DNA from: Coprothermobacterota bacterium
Lineage (GTDB): Bacteria; Caldisericota; JANLFM01
NCBI GenBank assembly: GCA_026389425.1
Contig: JAPLHW010000246.1
Location: forward strand, 1 to 61,628
Direction: 5' to 3'
DNA: 61,628 bases
Shown: piece by piece, positions 56,169-61,628 of the stretch
How the letters are laid out: each line of letters opens with the position of its first letter
Position numbering within the stretch: position 1 is the first letter of the stretch
Made by a program: the position numbers and the translations under genes
The notes under the pieces: model-generated
Told to the model about the DNA's origin: nothing
The model's input: only the letters and a program-made list of their open reading frames with translations
Databases searched by the model: none

Positions 56169-58140
56169 GCTTGTTGCGCTCGGTGGGCTGGGGGAGATCG
56201 GAAAGAACATGATGGCCTTGGAGATGAGCGGAACGATGCTCCTAATCGATGCCGGGGTGAAGTTTCCTGACGAAAAAACACCCGGCGTGGATCTGATCCT
56301 CCCGGATTTTTCTTATTTGTTAGCCAAACAGAAGCGAATTGCCGGGGTGATCCTGACTCATGGCCACGAGGACCATGTCGGTGCGGTGCCCTACCTCTTG
56401 CAACAACTCTCTGTTCCTGTTTACGGCACCGACATCACTCTTGGGTTGACCGCCGGACGGGCTAAGGAGCTGGGGGTGAAAATGGATCCTCACACAGTCA
56501 AGCCTGGTGACCGGCTCCCCTTCGGTCCTTTCCAGGTGGAATTGCTGCCGGTAACCCACAGTGTACCTGGCGGGTTGGGTCTGGCGATTCGAACCCCGCT
56601 CGGGATGATCGTCCATTCCGGCGATTTCAAGTTCGACAAAACACCAGTGGGAGGAAAGCCTTTCGACTTCGAGCGATTCGCCAAGATCACCGCTGATGGC
56701 GTCCTTTGCCTGCTTTGTGACTCCACCAACGCCGAGAAGCCAGGTTTCGCATCCTCGGAGCGGACAGTAAAGCCAGGTCTTGAACGGATTTTCGAGAAAG
56801 CTCGCAATCGCATCATCGTCACTACCTTTGCTTCCAACGTGCACAGAATTCAGCAGATCGTTGAGACCGCAGCTCTGTTCAACCGGAAAGTGGCCATTGA
56901 CGGGATGTCCATGACGCGTGTGGTCAATACGGCTCAGGAGCTGGGGTATCTAAATATACCGGAGGGACAACTGATCAAAGTAGAGGACCTCTCTCTCTTC
57001 CCTCGTGACCAGTTGGTGATCATCACCACTGGCAGCCAAGGGGAGCCACTCTCCGCCCTCTCCCGCATTGCAACTGGGGAGCACCGCAAGATCAAGATCG
57101 AGGCAGGCGACACAGTGATCTTCTCGGCTGACCCCATTCCCGGAAACGAACGATTGGTGTCGGAGACGATTAACAATCTCTTTCGCCTCAAAGCCGAGGT
57201 CATCTATGGTACTCAGGCCGGTGTCCACGTTTCCGGCCACGCTTTCCGCGAGGATATCAAGACAATGCTGCAGATCAGTCGTCCACGTTACTTCATCCCA
57301 ATCCATGGGGAGTATAGGCACCTTGTCTGGAGCAGCCGTCTTGCCCAAGAGATGGGCATCCGCCAGGAGAATGTCCTTTTACTGGAGAATGGAGATATGG
57401 TCAGTTTTACCCCGGGGCGAGCATATGTGCAGGGAAAAGTGGCGAGCACTCCCAATTTCGTCGACGGCATCTGTATTGACGAGGTGAAAAGTGAAGTTAT
57501 CGAGGACCGTCGGGCTCTCGCTCAAGAAGGAGTGCTGGTAGTGGCGGCGGTGGTCTCCCTAGCTGCGAGGAAGATCTTCAGCGGTCCCCTTTTTATCACC
57601 CGTGGCCTTCTCCAGGAGAAGGACTGGGTTGTCTGGGAGATCCTTCTGCACGATCAGATCACTGCCCTCCTGCAGAAGATGATCGAGGACGAGGGTGGGG
57701 CGACACATGCGTCGCCCCTACTACGAATTGAGGAGAAGATTCAGGAACAAACCGAACGCTTCCTAGCCAAGAGACTGAAGCGACGCCCCCTGGTCCTGGT
57801 CAGCGTGCTGGAGGGCGGCGGTCCGATTTTTCCATCGGCACAGCGGAACCATGCGCAAAAGTTAAAGGAGGGGCTAGTAGGGGCGACGCATGCGTCGCCC
57901 CTACTAGCAGTCGTACCGAAAGTGGGTTGCTCCCAGCCCCTTCTTCTCGGGAAAGCAGCGGCTGGAACCCCAACGGCCGGCAAAGGAAAGATGCGGGCGG
58001 GAAAGACTTCGACGAAAGTCGCCAAGGGGAAGAGTGAGAAGCACCAAAGGGAGAAGCGAGTCTTCCAGAAAAAAGCCGGTGGGAAGGCGGAAGAGAGGCT
58101 GCATGGCCACACCGTCACCAGTGAGAAAAAAAGTAAATAG
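56158..58140 (+). CDS. rnj: ribonuclease J with a repeat-derived insert and a ~108-aa Lys-rich C-terminal extension
   Basis: HGHEDHVGA, DSTNAE, HGEYRHL. TTG 56158 after GGAAAAGGAG. The family-typical C-terminal end (KRRPLVLVSVLE) is at about nt 57813, but the ORF runs on to 58140. Confidence 0.9.
   Translation: MELKLVALGGLGEIGKNMMALEMSGTMLLIDAGVKFPDEKTPGVDLILPDFSYLLAKQKRIAGVILTHGHEDHVGAVPYLLQQLSVPVYGTDITLGLTAGRAKELGVKMDPHTVKPGDRLPFGPFQVELLPVTHSVPGGLGLAIRTPLGMIVHSGDFKFDKTPVGGKPFDFERFAKITADGVLCLLCDSTNAEKPGFASSERTVKPGLERIFEKARNRIIVTTFASNVHRIQQIVETAALFNRKVAIDGMSMTRVVNTAQELGYLNIPEGQLIKVEDLSLFPRDQLVIITTGSQGEPLSALSRIATGEHRKIKIEAGDTVIFSADPIPGNERLVSETINNLFRLKAEVIYGTQAGVHVSGHAFREDIKTMLQISRPRYFIPIHGEYRHLVWSSRLAQEMGIRQENVLLLENGDMVSFTPGRAYVQGKVASTPNFVDGICIDEVKSEVIEDRRALAQEGVLVVAAVVSLAARKIFSGPLFITRGLLQEKDWVVWEILLHDQITALLQKMIEDEGGATHASPLLRIEEKIQEQTERFLAKRLKRRPLVLVSVLEGGGPIFPSAQRNHAQKLKEGLVGATHASPLLAVVPKVGCSQPLLLGKAAAGTPTAGKGKMRAGKTSTKVAKGKSEKHQREKRVFQKKAGGKAEERLHGHTVTSEKKSK
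57697..57718. repeat. repeat family B, copy 1 (GGGGCGAC-ACATGC-GTCGCCCC), preceded by GTGG and followed by TACTAC
   Basis: 8-bp GC stem. In frame in rnj, translated as GGATHASPLL. Confidence 0.7.
57874..57907. repeat. repeat family B, copy 2: perfect 34-bp palindrome CTAGTAGGGGCGACGCATGCGTCGCCCCTACTAG
   Basis: The 17-nt arms are exact reverse complements. GTAG head on both strands. Translated as VGATHASPLL in the rnj extension. Confidence 0.8.
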
Positions 58141-60151
58141 AAACGGGGGAAGCAAACGGCGCGACCCCCACCAACAGGAACGAGCCCTGTTGTGGGTGGC
58201 ATTGGTTATCCTTGGCATTGTCGCCATCGCAGTCTTGGCTTACTATCTCCCTCGAGTGACTGCCTTCTTCTGGGGAGCCTTGGCTTGGGATCTGCCCCTC
58301 TTTTTTTTCTTTTTACTGATCGGCTTTCTCCTTTGGCGAAACCTGCAAAAAGGCCGCTCCCGCTTCCTGTTAGCCTTTGCTTTGAGCTCTCTGCTTATAT
58401 TTATGATTGCCGGTTACCTCAGCCGGGGTTGGTGGGTGGTGGGGATTCTCGATGCCCTTGGGTGGATTGCCTACCTCCTGATGTGTTTCCTTGTCTTGTC
58501 CTGCTTCTCCACACTCTTCTGGCCAGGCTTAGTGGATTGGTGGAAGATGCGACGGAAGCGAGCCAAAGCTTTCAGGGCGGGGGAGACAATCGCTTCGTCC
58601 GTGAAGGCGCCTTCTCTGACAGACGCCAAGGAAGTGAAGGCCAAGCTGCATCGCTCAAGGGTTTCTCCCACTCTGGAGCGGAAAGCGCCCCTTGAAAGGG
58701 CATCAAAGACGCTGTCAACTGCTCTCGCTCCCTCTGCCTATCGCTTGCCTCCCCTCGACTTACTACGAAAGCCAGTTCAAGAGAACCCCAAGATCTCCCG
58801 GCGGGAGACACGTAATGTGGCGCAGATCCTGGAGGATAAGTTAAATAGTTTCGGCATCGGCACTCACGTGGTGAATATCGAAGTGGGGCCTGCCATCACA
58901 CGTTACGAGCTGCAACTGGACCCTGGGGTGAAGGTCTCTAAAATCCTGAACCTTTCCGATGACATTGCCCTGACTCTCGCTGCGACAGGTGTCCGAATTG
59001 AGGCGCCCGTCCCCGGAAAATCGGTGCTGGGGATCGAAGTGCCTTCGGAGAAGATTTCCACCGTCTATTTGCGTGAGATCGTGGAGAGCGAAGAGTTTCA
59101 GAGGCGGAAATTCCGCATTCCTCTAACCCTGGGAAAAGACATTGGAGGCCATCCTGTAGTCGGAGAGCTGCGAGAGTTGCCTCACCTCCTCGTAGCGGGA
59201 GCGACTGGTAGCGGGAAGAGTGTCTGTATCAACTCCATCCTATCCGGCATTCTCTATTGCGCCACTCCGGATGAAGTTCGATTGGTCCTCATTGACCCAA
59301 AACGAGTGGAACTTTACAACTACCGCGATTTACCTCACCTACTCTATCCGGTGGTTATGGACGTGAAGCAAGCAGGAGCTGTCTTGAAAGAGATCGTCGG
59401 CGATATGGAGAGTCGTTTAGTGCAGTTCTCCGAATTGGGAGCGCGAGATATCGAAGCATATAACCTGAAGGTGAAAGAGCAGGATCTGGGAGAATCCTTG
59501 CCATACTATGTAGTGGTGATCGACGAATTGAACGACCTCATGATGGTCGCCCCTGCCGACGTGGAGAAATATATCATCCGCTTAGCTCAATTAGCCCGCG
59601 CCACCGGTATCCACCTGATAGTGGCCACCCAACGCCCATCCACGGACGTCATCACCGGCATTATCAAGGCGAACATCCCCTCTCGCATTGCTTTTGCCGT
59701 TGCTTCTCAGATGGACTCGCGTGTGATCTTGGACATGAATGGCGCAGAAAAGCTGTTAGGGCGTGGAGACATGCTATTCTACCCGGTCAACTACCCAAAG
59801 CCGGTCCGCCTTCAAGGCGCTTACATCTCAGAGGAAGAGATCAACCAGGTCGTTTCCTTCTGGAAAGAACAGATACAGGACAATACGTTTCGCCCCCTGC
59901 CTATTCTTCAAGCTGAGGGCAAGGATTGGGAGGAAGAAGAGAACGACCCTCTCTTCGAAGAGGCGGTGCAGTGGGTGATGCAAGCCGGGGAAGGTTCCGC
60001 CTCGATGTTGCAGCGCAAGATGAGGGTCGGCTATGCACGGGCTGGGCGACTGATCGATCTCATGGAACGGCGCGGTATCGTGGGGCCGGCGAGCGGTTCC
60101 AAAGCACGTCAGATCTTGCGCCACCCCGATCAGTCTCCCCTGAAATACTAA
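58103..60151 (+). CDS. ftsK: DNA translocase FtsK
   Basis: N-terminal TM helices, Walker A GATGSGKS, VVIDELNDLMM, C-terminal gamma wHTH domain (SASMLQRKMRVGYARAGRLID). ATG 58103 overlaps the extended rnj ORF. Confidence 0.9.
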   Translation: MATPSPVRKKVNRNGGSKRRDPHQQERALLWVALVILGIVAIAVLAYYLPRVTAFFWGALAWDLPLFFFFLLIGFLLWRNLQKGRSRFLLAFALSSLLIFMIAGYLSRGWWVVGILDALGWIAYLLMCFLVLSCFSTLFWPGLVDWWKMRRKRAKAFRAGETIASSVKAPSLTDAKEVKAKLHRSRVSPTLERKAPLERASKTLSTALAPSAYRLPPLDLLRKPVQENPKISRRETRNVAQILEDKLNSFGIGTHVVNIEVGPAITRYELQLDPGVKVSKILNLSDDIALTLAATGVRIEAPVPGKSVLGIEVPSEKISTVYLREIVESEEFQRRKFRIPLTLGKDIGGHPVVGELRELPHLLVAGATGSGKSVCINSILSGILYCATPDEVRLVLIDPKRVELYNYRDLPHLLYPVVMDVKQAGAVLKEIVGDMESRLVQFSELGARDIEAYNLKVKEQDLGESLPYYVVVIDELNDLMMVAPADVEKYIIRLAQLARATGIHLIVATQRPSTDVITGIIKANIPSRIAFAVASQMDSRVILDMNGAEKLLGRGDMLFYPVNYPKPVRLQGAYISEEEINQVVSFWKEQIQDNTFRPLPILQAEGKDWEEEENDPLFEEAVQWVMQAGEGSASMLQRKMRVGYARAGRLIDLMERRGIVGPASGSKARQILRHPDQSPLKY

Positions 60152-60387
60152 TGCGCCCAGTCCTGCCTTTGGCCATGGGTGATCTGCTGCTCCTGCGAAA
60201 GCAACATCCCTGCGGCTCAGATCGCTGGGAAGTGGTCCGGCTAGGGGCAGACATTCGTATCCGCTGCTTGGGCTGCGGGCATCTCGTTTTACTGCCCCGC
60301 TCACAGCTGGAGAAACGAGTTCGTAAAAAGCTGAATTCTCATCTATCGGAAGAGAGCGAGAATGGTGGTGGGGGAGAGCCAGGGTGA
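60151..60387 (+). CDS. DUF951-family small protein
   Basis: HPCGSDRWEVVRLGADIRIRCLGCGHLVLLPRSQLEKR. TAATG overlap with ftsK. Confidence 0.7.
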   Translation: MRPVLPLAMGDLLLLRKQHPCGSDRWEVVRLGADIRIRCLGCGHLVLLPRSQLEKRVRKKLNSHLSEESENGGGGEPG

Positions 60388-60425
60388 TATGATGTAAGAA
60401 AATCCCTGCATGAAGGTGAGAGGTA

Positions 60426-61349
60426 ATGATTATTCGAAATCTCATCATTTTACTGATCGATCTTGGTTTGGGCATCTTTTGGGCTCTTGAAAGCAAGTAT
60501 GCTTACTTTGGCAACCTCTTCATCGAACCCTACCGTAGTTGGATTCCGGTTTTCTGCTTTGTCCTGATCCTGCTGTGGACGCTACTTTCGATTCTGATCC
60601 TGCGCCGTTGGGGTTGGGCTTCGCTTGGACTGCTGTTAACCTTCGTAGTCTATGGGGTAGTAACCTTCCTCTTCCCGCCCACAATGGATCTCTTCAACTT
60701 GGTGAATTACTCAACCGCCCTCGCTGCCGTTTTATTAAGCACGTTCCTTGTCTCGTTTTACGCTGAGCACGCCGCCGACCTGTTGGGCTATATGGTTCAA
60801 GCCCGGAAGCACCAAGTGACAGTACAAACAGCCGCGGGTCCTTTTTGGTTCCTCTTAGCCTTGATCCTCGGTTTCCTCAATGCTTTGGCCCTTTACTACA
60901 ACTGGCTTCCGACTGCCACGATCACCTTTCTCGGCTCCCCGCAGATCTTCCGCCTCTCCCTCTATCTCTTATTCGCCACCCTCGGTGGTCTACTGACCCT
61001 CTCCACGGGTTGGAGCACCTTGGCCTCTTTCTCCTTTGTCTTCCTCAGTGAGTTTCTCACGCTGTTTCTTTACACGACCTATGCTTCCCTCAGTCAGTTG
61101 GGGGCAGAACTAGCAGGGGTCTTCGTGGACCCGGCACGGGTCACCCTGCCCGCCTTGATGGTTTGCCTTAGCACACTATGGGGGTTGGCCGCAGGTTACT
61201 ACGCGCAGCGCTACTTCTTTCTGAAGGAGGGAAAACGGGCAGGTGAATTAGAGAAGCTGGAACTCACTGCAAAAGAAGAGGAATTGGCCTTCGCCTCAGC
61301 TACAGAGGGAATACCTGCCTCTGGGATGGAGCTACCTCCAACTCCTTAA
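60426..61349 (+). CDS. hypothetical polytopic membrane protein
   Basis: 307 aa, about 8 hydrophobic segments, charged C-terminal tail. No motif recognised. Confidence 0.5.
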   Translation: MIIRNLIILLIDLGLGIFWALESKYAYFGNLFIEPYRSWIPVFCFVLILLWTLLSILILRRWGWASLGLLLTFVVYGVVTFLFPPTMDLFNLVNYSTALAAVLLSTFLVSFYAEHAADLLGYMVQARKHQVTVQTAAGPFWFLLALILGFLNALALYYNWLPTATITFLGSPQIFRLSLYLLFATLGGLLTLSTGWSTLASFSFVFLSEFLTLFLYTTYASLSQLGAELAGVFVDPARVTLPALMVCLSTLWGLAAGYYAQRYFFLKEGKRAGELEKLELTAKEEELAFASATEGIPASGMELPPTP

Positions 61350-61352
61350 CTT

Positions 61353-61381
61353 TTGGCACCAAGAGCCATTCATGATAGTAT
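61353..61381 (+). promoter_or_regulatory. sigma70-type promoter of rpsF
   Basis: TTGGCA (61353-61358), 17-nt spacer, TAGTAT (61376-61381). Leader hairpin GCTCCG-AACAA-CGGAGC at 61402-61418. Confidence 0.5.
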
Positions 61382-61440
61382 TCAAGGCTGTCACCAACCC
61401 TGCTCCGAACAACGGAGCAAATCCCGAAGGGAGTGAACAG

Positions 61441-61628
61441 AGTGCGTCCATATGAAGTATGTCTGATCGCTACTCCCGCCCTGGCCCCGGAAGAGGCTGA
61501 CAAGCTGGCAGAGAAGGTGCAAGAGATCATCACCAGCACAGGCGGCGAGGTAAGCAAAGTGGACCGCTGGGGGAAGCGCAGATTGGCTTTTCCCATCCAG
61601 CGGCAGAACGAGGGGTATTATTTCATCT
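61441..61628 (+). CDS. rpsF: 30S ribosomal protein S6 (3' end beyond the window)
   Basis: Manual translation from GTG 61441: VRPYEVCLIATPALAPEEADKLAEKVQEIITSTGGEVSKVDRWGKRRLAFPIQRQNEGYYFI. Not in the ORF track because there is no stop in the window. Confidence 0.85.

Noticed and set aside
1-61628. HIP1-like enrichment of GCGATCGC, which would hint at a cyanobacterial-type genome signature
   Set aside because: I saw only about three exact occurrences by eye (near 35111, 41161 and 42941), which is not clearly above expectation. The gene content is not cyanobacterial.
1-61628. The many 60-230-aa ORFs in the six-frame track that lie antisense to or out of frame with the large conserved genes (for example 827-1273, 6122-6817, 10026-10632, 15541-16131, 47632-48315, 59828-60496)
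   Set aside because: They are shadow ORFs, typical of GC-rich DNA. They are Arg/Pro/Gly-rich with no motifs, and each is fully nested in a gene with strong family signatures.

Overview
This looks like a compact bacterial chromosomal segment. Genes often overlap by 1-4 nt, TTG and GTG starts are common, and nt 19.6-61.6 kb is one co-directional plus-strand block. I ran no database search or computation; all calls rest on reading the sequence and the ORF track, and the taxon cannot be determined this way.

Gene content, left to right:
- A RAYT-like Y1 transposase, truncated by the window edge, with two identical REP-like hairpin repeats.
- trxA-trxB, rpe, an orphan NarL-class histidine kinase, and an OYE/dienoyl-CoA-reductase-like flavoenzyme.
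- A PspC/LiaF-like envelope-stress trio and a 1196-aa GH13-like protein.
- tRNA-Leu(CAA), an ECF sigma factor with a membrane partner, uppS, and a WecA/MraY-like transferase.
- Surface and lipoproteins, a BON protein, purB and argS.
- A lysine-fermentation cluster: kdd, kamA, a P-loop gene, a MutS-like gene, kamD, kamE, kce and a thiolase, with pyrG and a cyclodeaminase-domain gene embedded.
- tal, rho, thyX (with an extra C-terminal domain), tdk, DUF1385, prfA, plsY and tsaC.
- A hypothetical gene, a GNAT gene, and a CDP-alcohol-phosphatidyltransferase::CofE-like gene.
- The rimP-nusA-ylxR-infB-DUF503-rbfA-nrnA-truB-ribF block, then rpsO-pnp-dut-udg-rnj-ftsK-DUF951, a membrane protein and the start of rpsF.

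No CRISPR array, prophage or recognisable defence island was seen.

The most unusual signal is at least four families of short palindromic or REP-like repeats:
- REP-1 at nt 438 and 506.
- Family A at nt 7432 and 44902.
- Family B, a GT[A/G]G-headed GC-rich palindrome, at nt 57697 and 57874, with a half-site at 7403.
- Family C, consensus CCTGCCCTCGAGCGAAGCGAAGGGCC, at eight or more loci.

These repeats sit at gene boundaries or inside conserved genes and stay open in frame. They create protein tails, internal inserts and an apparent gene fusion, reminiscent of Rickettsia palindromic elements.

Secondary leads:
- An uncharacterised P-loop + MutS-like pair, translationally chained between kamA and kamDE.
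- A ThyX fusion with a possible YbaK-like domain.
- A possible lipid head-group module.
- A tRNA-Leu with G at position 33.
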